From: Macrostomum hystrix
Taxonomy: Eukaryota > Animalia > Platyhelminthes
Assembly: GCA_950097015.1 (NCBI GenBank)
Contig: CATNEN010000002.1
Span: 3,906,001-3,970,000 of the forward strand
Direction: 5' to 3'
Length of the DNA: 64,000 nt
Shown here one piece after another: positions 12,181 through 22,899 of the stretch (its first letter is position 1; every line of letters starts with the position of its first letter). The notes under the pieces were generated by a model. It saw only the letters and a list, made by a program, of their open reading frames with translations, searched no databases and had not been told where the DNA came from. The position numbers and the translations under genes were made by a program.

Positions 12181-13234
12181 TTCTGAGTATTGTATAAAAA
12201 TTTTGTATCAAACTAGGATCAACATCAACAAGGTTGAGGTTTTCCCTTGATTTTGCTCCTGTATTTATACCAAAATGTATCAATTTAAAGAAAATTAATT
12301 GTGTATTCAAACAAATATTTTGCATTAAAACAAATGCATTGCATTTGCCCACATTGAAACAAAAATCATAAAAACTCACAGAATAATCTGTTTATTTGTT
12401 TTTTGCCTATATCATTTGGAAAGGCTATCTATCAAATAATGCCATATAAGATTTGAATATAATAAGCTAGGCCTGGCCACCTGGATATACCTTGGGTTAG
12501 ATACATGCATAAATAGACTAATTGTCTTTATAGCAATAGACTACTACTATTAGCTATTTCTTTCTAGTTGTTAGGTTTTGATTTAACCTAGCTAGTCCTA
12601 ATTCAAAAGTAAAATATGTATTCAAGGCAGGTCAAATTGACAATTTAGCAAGTAAATAATAAACAATTAATTTGTTGTGGGTTAGTTAGGCCTAGTTTAG
12701 ATTGCTACAATGCTACTTTAGATTGCTACAATACTACATTGCTACAGTGCCGATATAATGGCTCACATTTTTCTAACTTTTTTTAACACTAATTTTAACA
12801 CTAGCCTTAAAATTGACAATCTTCAAGAATCATTTACTAAACTTAAATTGGTGAAATGTATTTGTAACAAGAAAAACTATGAACACTGAATGCTTGGATT
12901 GCCCATTACTCAACACTAGCCTACATCCAATGACATAATTTGTTGGTATGATTTCAAGAGTGTAGCACTTGTGCCATGCCATGCATAGGTTGTAAGCAAG
13001 CTTTGGCATGTGCCTAGGTACCTTTGATCAAATTAGTGAGTTTATTGTTTAGTAGCTAAATTTCTTAGTACATTTAGTTGTACTATAAAACTCAGTGCCA
13101 CAGGATGTCTGACTGCCATACTTATAGAAGTATAACTATCAAGATGAACCAAGCAGAAATATTTTGCTAGAAAAAAATTGTGAATTCAAGTTTCCTGTGC
13201 CTCTCTTCAAACTGTGATAGAGATACAGTTGATT

Positions 13235-13878
13235 TTTTTCCAACATGGACATTCACTTACACATTGCTTCCTTGGATCCCACCATGTCATGACATGATTT
13301 TTCCCAACATGGACATTCACTTACACATTGCTTCCTTGGATCCCACCATGTCATGACATGATTTTTCCCAACATGGACATTCACTTACACATTGCTTCCT
13401 TGGATCCCACCATGTCATGACATGATTTTTCCCAACATGGACATTCACTTACACATTGCTTCCTTGGATCCCACCATGTCATGACATGATTTTTCCCAAC
13501 ATGGACATTCACTTACACATTGCTTCCTTGGATCCCACCATGTCATGACATGATTTTTCCCAACATGGATATTCACTTACACATTGCTTCCTTGGATCCC
13601 ACCATGTCATGACATGATTTTTCCCAACATGGACATTCACTTACACATTGCTTCCTTGGATCCCACCATGTCATGACATGATTTTTCCCAACATGGACAT
13701 TCACTTACACATTGCTTCCTTGGATCCCACCATGTCATGACATGATTTTTCCCAACATGGACATTCACTTACACATTGCTTCCTTGGATCCCACCATGTC
13801 ATGACATGATTTTTCCCAACATGGACATTCACTTACACATTGCTTCCTTGGATCCCACCATGTCATGACATGATTTTT
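13235..13878. repeat. 64-bp tandem minisatellite, about 10 near-identical copies
   Basis: acattgcttc recurs at 13261, 13325 and onward; the unit contains the perfect palindrome catgtcatgacatg. Confidence 0.95.
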
Positions 13879-14504
13879 GCTCGAATTTGAGTTTTGTGAA
13901 CAATTGTGGCAGATTGCCACCTAATTTGGAACTCTTTTTTTAAACTAAATTCCTAAAAAAGCAAAAAGTTATTGGTTGTTGTTTGATTTAAAAAAGAAAG
14001 CGTAAACTTTTTTTCCTTTAGTTGAATTATTTAACATTTATTAATTAAGATTAATTAAACATTTATAAACTTTCTATCAAATAAAATTATTTTAAGAATA
14101 CTTATATGAATATATCAGTAATGTTGTTTTACTTTCTATCTAGAAAACTCATTTTGGCAATAATTATTTGGTTTATACTTTTAGTTCCAATTATATTTTT
14201 TTATATCTAGCCTTTGTGCATGCATCATAAAAATAAGTTTATTGAACAAATTTGTCTCCACATGGGTTTCTCTTATTGTACAATATCTTATGAAAATTAA
14301 CAGTTAGTTGGCAAAATTGTTGTTGAAGCCTTGAATTGTTGTTGCTATTAGATAGACTAAGCAAATGTCTTTCACCTAATGGGTAGAATCATCTAACTTT
14401 GATGATGTTTTAATTACCAAAGCTAGTTTATAGCTAGCCAATAGGAAATAAATATATAAATCTAGTTTAAATGGAGCCTGCTGAAGAAACGACCAACTTC
14501 AGTC

Positions 14505-14768
14505 ATGCCTGGCCGAGTTCGCGTTAAGATACTGTCCGCCCGGAATCTGCCAGTCATGGACCGGGGTAGCTATTCCACAGACGCATTCGTTGAATTGAAA
14601 CTGGGCAACACTGCTTACAAGACTGACGTGGCCAGGCGCAGCTTGAACCCGCAGTGGAACACAGAGTGGTTCAAGTTTGAATTGGACGACGAAGAATTAC
14701 AGGATGAGGCTCTGCAAATTCGGGTGCTTGATTATGACACCTATAGCGCTCACGATGCCATCGGAAAG
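14505..14768 (+). CDS. C2CD5: C2CD5 exon 1 (C2 domain)
   Basis: ATG to AAG|gtgcct, phase 0. Confidence 0.9.
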
Positions 14769-17700
14769 GTGCCTATTCATCTTTATTTTCATTGTTCCTA
14801 AAAGGTCATTGTTCTTTTGTTCTTTTCCATTGAGCCATCGTAATTTTAGTAAGTCATTAGTTGACCCATTGTTATTTTATTAGGTCATTAGCTGACCCAT
14901 CGTTATTGTAGTAGGTCATTAGGTGACCCATCGTTATTTTATTAGGTCATTAGCTGACCCATTGTTTTTTAGTAGGTCATTAGCTGACCAATCGTTATTT
15001 TAGTAGGTCATTAGTTGAGCCATCGTTATTTTATTAGGTCATTAGCTGACCCATTGTTCTTTTAGTAGGTCATTAGCTGACCCATCGTTATTTTATTAGG
15101 TCATTAGCTGACCCATTGTTCTTTTAGTAGGTCATTTGCTGACCCATCGTTATTTTAGTAATTCATTAGCTGACCCATCCTTCTTGAAGTATGTCATTGA
15201 CTGACAATCGTTCTCCAAACAGGTCATTGTTCTTAAACAGGGTCATTTCCCCATGTCTAGATAATTGGTGTTATCTGACGTATCATAATTTTAGTCTTGT
15301 CAGTATAATATTTTTTGTGATTTACCTACAATCTTGACCACGCCTTGTTCCCCAGGTGTACATCGATTTGAATCCGTTGCTAGGCAAAGATGGCAGTCGC
15401 GGCATGTCGGGTTGGTTCCCATTGTACGACACAATGCATGGCATCCGGGGCGATATTCAGATCTCAGTCAGTCTGGACCTGTTCAGTGACGCCAACAGGT
15501 ACCGGGAATCGTCTCTGGGTGTCAGGTTCTTCTATCACCCGGGAGTGCCGGCTGGTCAGAATCTGCTGCACCTGCTGGGATTCGTTGAAGAATTGGTGGT
15601 TAACGACGATCCGGAATACGAGTGGATGGAGAAGCTGCGCACTTCTCGGGCGTCTAATGAGGCCAGGTAGGACTTACCCCTGTTCATTTTTCACTGAAAC
15701 CAAAACTAAAACATAAGCTGCCGAATGTCGCAGCATTTGGTGACCCGCGGTCAGCGAGAAGGCAGTTCTGCCCATTTCGCTGACTCCTGAGCACACACGC
15801 ACACAGGTGTGTACATCTGCCCTGACTTTCTCATCGTCAGGCAGTGTACACTTCTCACTGTGCCTTGGAGGTTGGCCCTCAATGGCGTAAATTGCACGAC
15901 AAGCCCCCAAGCCTTCTGTCCGCGGCTGCGCCCTAAATGAATGCGGCCTCGCCGCGGAATCGAGCTCAGGGACCTTGGCACAATAGTCAAACGCGTTAGA
16001 CCGCTCTGACCCTCAACCCCGAACTAAAACTAAACTATTTCTCATTTCCCCAGATTCCTATGCTTACAATCCACCGACACAGGTTATCATTTCTAGCTTG
16101 ACCCCATTTACAGTCCTCCATATTCACATTGATTCCCTTACTCAGAGCTTCATCATTTCCAGAATCTTTATTTCTGACGTCCTCCGAGCCCACTTGCTAA
16201 TTATTCCCATTTTTCCAGTTGCCCAAACCCTCAGTTAAATTCCCCAAATCCTGTATGACAGGCAGCGCCTATTCAGCCAGCTGAACGGTCAGCTTCAGCG
16301 CAAGCTCGGCCTACGCGTGCTCGGCATGGGCGGCAACGCTGTGATTGGCTACCGGCTACACTTTGATCTGGAAGGCGAGTCAGGCATTGTGGTGCGCGGC
16401 ATTGGAACAGCTGTCAGCTTAACCACTGCCAAGCCGCAGCAGAGCCAGCTGACCGATAACGCTACAGCTGCTTCGTCCTCGTCTGCTGCTTCCGCAGCCG
16501 CCGCAGCCACCGCCGCCTCATCATCATCGTCCGCAGCTCCAACTTCCAGCAGTGCCGAGTCAGGCGCTGATTCCATTGTGACAGCTACAAATTCGACAGC
16601 TGGAGAGCAGCCAACTGGTCAGCCGCTGCAGCAGCAGACTAGCACAGTAGCTGCCGATGACCAGACTGTGTCTCTGCGGCAATTGGCTCCGATTGTTGGC
16701 GGTGTTGCCACTGGCAACGCCTCTGTCGCTGTGGAATGCGTACGTTTGCATTGATGATTCATTCTGATTGGGCAGTTACGAACTAACCCAGTTTCTTACT
16801 GTATGATTCGCGCCATTCAGTAACTAATAATTTAGAAAGTCTTTCTTTGGAAAGACTGGTCCACTGTATAATATTGTCTAGCCTTATTGCATCCCTAATC
16901 TGCATTGTGCTTTCCAAACCACAGGACACTCCCTTCATCACAATGTCCTGCCTGCCCACTGGTCTCGTGGCTAGCCTCGGTGGCACAGTGGCAGCCAAGT
17001 CGGTCAAGCTCCTTGTCCACAGTCCTGACGCGCCAGAGGCTCGTGACGCCTGGTGGTCGGAGCTGCGCGCAGAGGTTCGCGCCCACGCGCGAGCATTCGG
17101 ATGCTCAACTGTGATTGGTTATCACGAGGAGACTTGCATAGCGGACGATTTAATTGTACTGAACGCCTACGGCACTGCTGCGAGGCTTAACTCGCTAGAA
17201 GATATCCAGAGTAGGCTTGCTGTTTTTACAAGTCATCTTTGCCGACGTAGAGATATATTGCTTGCGAATAAGAATTTTATATTTAGTATAGTGGTGGATG
17301 ATTAGCCAATGAAAACCGAGGAGTTTAAGTGTGAAGCTGATAAACTAGCCAGCCAATGAGAATCGACTATAATTTGGAGTGAGGTGGGTGATTAGCAAAT
17401 CAGAATTAAGAAGGTTCGAGTAAGACTGAAAAACTAGCGAATGAGAATCGACGAGGTTGGAGTGAGGTGGGTGACTAGCCAATTAGAATTGTGGGCGTTG
17501 TAGGTATCGGCTTTAGGTAAGGCACGTGAACATATGAGCCTATGACAATCCAGAACGGTTGGAGTGAGACTTAGCAATCTTAGCAATCAGAATCAAGGAG
17601 GCCGGAGTGAGATGATTGTACCAGCAGAAGGCCCGAGTGAGGTTGTTGAACTAGCCAATAAGAATTGAATATTTCACGCCAACCTGGTTAGCCAGCCAAT

Positions 17701-20608
17701 AAGATTTCGCGGCCACCATCAATCATTCAGCCTCCCAGCAGCCTCCGTCAAGCTGTCGTGCTTTGCACGCTCTCTACAGCCAGTCCAACTCGCCATTTCC
17801 GGTGTCATTCAGTCGGTGCGCAGTCTGCGGTCGCGGCAACGTCCCGGACATCCTGCTGGCCACTTCGGACACCCCAGCTGAGCTGGCAACCTGCGGCGGG
17901 CCGGCGCTTATCCAGGCCAGGTGAGGCGATTTTCGGCTGTGAGCCTTGAAATAGATCCGTATCTAGATCTCCATTTCCTACTCATTTCCCATCGAGATCC
18001 TCATTTCCCACCCTTTCCCACCCATTCCCGATCGAGATCCCATATTCCCACCCATTCCCGATTAAGATCCCATATTCCCACCCATTCTCCATCCAGATCC
18101 CCATTGCCCACCCATTCCCCATCCAGATCCCCATTTCCCACCCATTCCCCATTCAGATCCCCATTTCCCACACATACCCTATCCAGATCCCATATTCCCA
18201 CCCATTCCCCATCCAAATCACCTATTCCCACCCATTCCCCATTCAGATCCCCATTTCCCACCCTTTCCCATCCAGATCCCCATTTCCCACCCATTCCCCA
18301 TTCAGATCCCCATTTCCCACACTTTCCCAAACGCTACCAGAGTCTGGCGACCGAAGCGCGAGGCTAAAGGCGAGGCGAACGCTCGCGAAGTCAGCGACCG
18401 GCTGCCCTTCATCGAGTACGAGCTGCACAGCCAACTGGTTCGCAAGCTGCGCCTCCGCGGTATGAACGCCCTCTTCGGCCTGCGCACCCGGATGTCCGTG
18501 GCCACCTGCGGCATACTGGTGACGGCTACGGGCACCGGCGTCCACCTGTTGGCCCTGCCACCGCCGTCAGAGCCGCAGCTGGTCTCGAAGGGGGATCCCA
18601 GACTGCTATCGAATCTGCAGGCCAAGATGGCAGAATTCGCTTCCAGGTGAGTCCCTGACTCAATCCAGGATAGTTCCTGACTCAATCCAGGATAGTTCCT
18701 GACTCAATCCAGGATAGTTCCTGACTCAATCCAGGATAGTTCCTGACTCAATCCAGGATAGTTCCTGACTCAATCCAGGATAGTTCCTGACTCAATCCAC
18801 GATAGTTCCTGACTCAATCCAGGATAGTTCCTGACTCAATCCAGGATAGTTCCTGACTCGCAGAACTCAATCCTGAGTAGCACAATTCAATCCCTGAGTA
18901 GCACAATTCAATCCCTGAGTAGCACAATTCAATCCCTGAGTAGCAGAACTCAATCCTGAATAGCACAATTCAATCCCTGAGTAGCAGAACTCAATCCTGA
19001 GTAGCACAATTCAATCCCTGAGTAGCACAATTCAATCCCTGAGTAGCAGAACTCAATCCTGAATAGCACAATTCAATCCCTGAGTAGCAGAACTCAATCC
19101 TGAGTAGCACAATTCAATCCCTGAGTAGCAGAACTCAATCATGAGTAGCAGAACTCAATCCTGAGTAGCACAACTCAGGATTCTTGAGTAGCTCAACTTA
19201 ATTCCTAAGTAGCACAACTCAATCCCTAAGTAGCACAGCTAAATCCTGAGTAGCACAACTCAATCCTAAGTTGCAGAGCTCAATCCCTGAGTAGCAGAAC
19301 TCCACCCTAAACTCATTCCATTACTCCAGGAGCCGCGAGGTTCACGGCCTTGATCGTGCCCCAGCTCTGGCAGCCGCCATTGCAGCGTCTGCGGCAGCAG
19401 CTCCGGTCGCATGGGCGTCAAATTCAGATGGAGCCGGAGCTGCTGCTGCGGCATGTTCCGCCTCTTTAACCGGCCCGGCGGCTTCAGACGAGATTTCATT
19501 GGATTCTTCACCGCCGATGGATCTGCTGCAGGGCAACCAGCGTGACACATTCATCATTGAACTCGCTGACGACTGCGAGTCGGACGAGATGGAAGCCCTC
19601 CTTGTCGACTACCCGCTGTTGAACAGCCTGCAGCTCACCTGCTCACCGGCTTGCCATTCGGAGGATACTAACTTTTTTGTTCGAATTCTTCGGTGTCCTC
19701 TGGAGGATCCGGACGCTACTAGCAGTAGGCAGGTAAGAAGCTAAGAAGTTATCTGCTCATTGATTCTTTACGCCTGCTTATGTATCTTTGCGTCTGTATG
19801 GTTAAATGACTAGCGAAAAAAGAATTTTAGATTCGGAAATGAGGTGGGTGATTAGCCAATGAGAACCGAGTCGGTTTGAGAGAGAGTAATGAACTGGCCA
19901 ATCAGAATCAACGAGGTTGGAGTGAGGTGGGTGACTAGCAAATGAGAATCGAGTAGTTTCGAAAGAGAATAATGAACTGGCCAATGAGAATTGATGGAGT
20001 TGGAGTGATGTGACATATTGATAGATTACACCTAAACTGGCACTCCTGACCTCTCTAGTAGAGATCCGAAATTCTAACCAGGTCCATATTGAAATGTGAA
20101 CCTGCAGGTAAACTCTCTCCTGGCCGAGCTGCTGCATTCGACTTGCTTTCACTTCCGGCACAGCCAGCCCTGCACTCTGGCCGCTCTGCACTTTCACACC
20201 GAAGTCACAGACGAGAGCTGCCTGCAGACTGTGGTCACTGGCGACTGCATCCGACAGACTCCGCCTCAGGGCGGCCAGCTGCTGGGAACAGCCAGCAATG
20301 TACTTCTGTGCTCCAGCTGTCACCCGCCCGGCCGACCTCCGATCAACTATTTGGGCAATTTGGATTTCTTCTTCATCAGGGAGACAAATTCTGTGCGCGA
20401 CTGCGGCGGCTCGCAGGCCTTCCTGCACACCTGCCTGGCCGAGGTCATGGCTGTCGTCAGGGCCCACGCCGCCGCGCTTGGCGGCCACGCCATCACCTCC
20501 TTTCACCTCAGCGAGGTTCTGCTGCTGGACAATCCGAGCAGGGGACACGCCCAGTGCTTGCTGAATGTCTGCGGCGATGTTGTGCAACTGCCACTGGCCG
20601 AGGTCTGA
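14505..20608 (+). CDS. C2CD5: C2 domain-containing protein 5 (CDP138) homologue, 8 coding exons
   Basis: Exons 14505-14768, 15356-15666, 16262-16739, 16925-17210, 17731-17920, 18341-18646, 19330-19732, 20108-20608; all GT-AG with compatible phases. Starts MPGRVRVKILSARNLPVMDR (C2 domain); family motifs GNAVIGY..FDLEGESGIVVRGIGTA, LPFIEYELH, GMNALFGLR, YLGNLDFFFIRE. Confidence 0.92.
14845..15180. repeat. 31-bp minisatellite in C2CD5 intron 1
   Basis: taggtcattagctgacccatcgttattttat, about 10 copies. Confidence 0.9.
15356..15666 (+). CDS. C2CD5: C2CD5 exon 2
   Basis: cccag|VYIDLNPLL...RASNEAR, ends AG|gtagga, phase 2. Confidence 0.9.
15715..16015 (-). mobile_element. tRNA-derived SINE copy in C2CD5 intron 2; related copy at about 63470-63710
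   Basis: Minus strand reads ggtcagagcggtctaacgcg (A box) ... gagctcgattcc (B box). Body shares long identity with 63484-63690. aaaactaaa flanks both sides (15702-15710, 16026-16034). Confidence 0.7.
16262..16739 (+). CDS. C2CD5: C2CD5 exon 3
   Basis: gacag|G QRLFSQL..GNAVIGY, Ala/Ser-rich linker, TGC|gtacgt. Confidence 0.85.
16925..17210 (+). CDS. C2CD5: C2CD5 exon 4
   Basis: cacag|DTPFITM..DAWWSELRAEVR..IGYHEE, ends A|gtaggc, phase 1. Confidence 0.85.
17300..17700. repeat. Degenerate CCAAT-rich repeat in C2CD5 intron 4; related array in intron 7 (19835-20040)
   Basis: Recurring ttggagtgaggtgggtgattagccaat / gagaatcga units in both introns. Confidence 0.75.
17731..17920 (+). CDS. C2CD5: C2CD5 exon 5
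   Basis: ttcag|..SCRALHALY..CAVCGRGNVPDILLAT..LIQAR, ends AG|gtgagg; not an annotated ORF in the track. Confidence 0.85.
17955..18325. repeat. 31-bp C-rich minisatellite filling C2CD5 intron 5
   Basis: cccacccattccccatccagatccccatttc units. Confidence 0.9.
18341..18646 (+). CDS. C2CD5: C2CD5 exon 6
   Basis: accag|A VWRPKREAKGEANAREVSDRLPFIEYELH..GMNALFGLR, ends AG|gtgagt. Confidence 0.9.
18641..19310. repeat. Compound minisatellite (22-bp then 21/20-bp units) filling C2CD5 intron 6
   Basis: tccaggatagttcctgactcaa about 10 copies, then tgagtagcacaattcaatccc-type units. Confidence 0.92.
19330..19732 (+). CDS. C2CD5: C2CD5 exon 7
   Basis: ctccag|G..RDTFIIELADD..SSRQ|gtaaga. Confidence 0.85.
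20108..20608 (+). CDS. C2CD5: C2CD5 exon 8 (terminal)
   Basis: ctgcag|VNSLLAELL..NYLGNLDFFFIRE..AEVMAVVRAHAAALGG..stop at 20608. Confidence 0.9.
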   Translation, partial: VNSLLAELLHSTCFHFRHSQPCTLAALHFHTEVTDESCLQTVVTGDCIRQTPPQGGQLLGTASNVLLCSSCHPPGRPPINYLGNLDFFFIRETNSVRDCGGSQAFLHTCLAEVMAVVRAHAAALGGHAITSFHLSEVLLLDNPSRGHAQCLLNVCGDVVQLPLAEV

Positions 20609-21869
20609 CACATACTGTACTAATGTCTTCAGCCTGGATAACAATTATCCCATTTCGGGATTTTAAGCTAAATTGGGCTACGCTCTGGATAAAGTAATTA
20701 CGGCTGGGATAAATGGGTTAACTAGTTATTGGAATCCCATTCAAGCTACACACCTTAAATTCCACCAAGCTACGGTTAAGGATCAATAGGTGATTGATTG
20801 CCCACTGATCATCTTATGGCGACGGCTAGGAAAAAGGCATCGTTTTGTGATAAATGGGATAATTTTTTATTGATTAAAATCCCATTTAAGCTCCCGTATG
20901 GATAAAAAAGAAAATTATTTTTTTATTGAACTCCCATTTAAGCTCCCATTTAAGGGAGCTTAAATAGGATACTTCTTAAGTTATGGATTAAAATTATATT
21001 TTTAGTAGAACTTGGGATAAAATATCCCAAATAGAGCTATTTTAGCTCCGGTTGGGATAAATGGGATAATTCTTTATTGGAATCCCATTCAAGCTAGGGT
21101 TTAGATAAAAATGATTATGACACCTTAAATTCCACCCAAGCTACGGTATGGATCAATAGGTGATTACCCACTGATCATCTTATGGCAGCGGCTAGGGAAA
21201 GGGGATCGTTTTGTACCTGTTTCACAAAAGTGCATTCGTGTATGCTTTTACTTAGTTAAAGGATGTGTCTTATCATGACTCGTGTAGTTTGTCTGCTGGT
21301 GTTTTTGTTGCTTTTTTAGTCAATTTTGGCAAGAGGCAAAGCGTCTATATGAGTGTTTTTTTCTAAAGGCTGCTAGTTTTTTTTCAATTTTCTAGTAAAA
21401 TTCTAGAATTCATTGTCTAATTTAGAAGGCCTACTATTATTTAATTTGTTTCTATTTTAGGCCGATTGGATTTTGAGTTCAGATGATCTATACTTGATTT
21501 TAATATGAATGCGCTGTGATCGAAAATAATACCTTTAGCTGCTTAAATGAAAGCATTTTTATGATTGATTAGTTCAAATTTTGCTTCATAAATTTATGCA
21601 TTCTTCAATAATGACTGTGGTGATATTCCGTCTATCACTAAATTGTTTTTATCATTGTACTGCTTCTAGTAGTGCTTCAAAGTTGCAATAAAATTATTGT
21701 TGTCTTGTTGCTTGTACCAGTGTGCTACTTACCGCTTGCCTTGATTTTTTTGCACTCTAAGTGAGGCCAGGTGTTGCAGGTGAATGATAGTAAGATGAAC
21801 AGTTGAATCGCTAAGTGTACTCGAAGATAAGGCTCGGTTCGTTGGTGCGAATTTAGAGGGATAGCTGAG

Positions 21870-22605
21870 CGAGTATATTGGTGGGTTAGGCTTAGCGAGT
21901 GTACATAGGTGTGGTTGGCTGACCGAGTGTAAATTTGTGGGTTTGGCAGTGTACATTGGTGGGGTTGGCTGAGCGAGTGAACATTGGTGGGGTTGGCTGA
22001 GCAAGTGTACATTGGTGGGGCTGGCTGAGTGAGTGTACATTAATGGGGTTGGTTGGGCGAGTTTACATTGGTGGAGTTAGCTGAGCGAGTGTACATTGGT
22101 GGGTTTGGCAGTGTACATTGGTGGGGTTGGTTGGGCGAGTTTACATTGGTGGAGTTAGCTGAGCGAGTGTACATTGGTGGGTTTGGCAGTGTACATTCGT
22201 GGGGTTGGTTAAGCGAGGGTACATTGGTGGGGTTGGCTAAGCGAGTGTACATTGGTGGGGTTGGCTGAGCGAGTGGACATTGGTGAGGTTGGCTGGGCAA
22301 GTGTACATTAATGGGGTTGGCTGGGCAAGTGTACATTGGTGGGGTTGGTTGGGCGAGTTTACATTGGTGGAGTTAGCTGAGCGAGTGTACATTGGTGGGT
22401 TTGGCAGTGTACATTCGTGGGGTTGGTTAAGCGAGGGTACATTGGTGGGGTTGCCTAAGCGAGTGAACATTGGTGGGGTTGGCTGAGCGAGTGAACATTG
22501 GTGGGGTTGGCTGGGCAAGTGTACATTAATGGGGTTAGCTGGGCTAGTGTACATTGGTGGGGTTGGCTGGGTGAGTGTACATTGGTGGGGTTGGCTGGTG
22601 AGTGT
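21870..22605. repeat. 28-bp GT-rich minisatellite
   Basis: gagtgtacattggtggggttggctgagc units; explains the overlapping repetitive ORFs. Confidence 0.9.
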
Positions 22606-22899
22606 AAAATAGCAGTTTCTAAACTTTTCCTGCGTGAAGTGGCTAAAACTTTAAAGTCCTTAATGAATCCAGTGTGTCTGGCATTATAAAGAAAATATTT
22701 TTAGCACTCATTCTGATTTCAATGTTTTTTCTCTATATGTATTTGCTTCAAGTAAAAAATCAATGCCATTATTGTGGAAATAAAATTATTGCGGCTAGTT
22801 TTGTAAGAAAAGCTCTTGTTTTTTCTTGTTGTGTTATTTTTCAAGTTTTAAGATAAATATTTGTTGATACTTAGCAAGATCTTAAGTTAAGCTCAATGG

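Noticed and set aside
15805-15850. Hammerhead ribozyme in the SINE hairpin (ctgacga..gaaa on the minus strand)
   Set aside because: Only 3 nt for stem II and no room for stem III plus a cleavage triplet; kept only as a hairpin observation.
19802-20644. 280-aa minus-strand ORF (and similar antisense ORFs over other exons)
   Set aside because: Antisense shadow of a GC-rich C2CD5 exon plus intron repeat.
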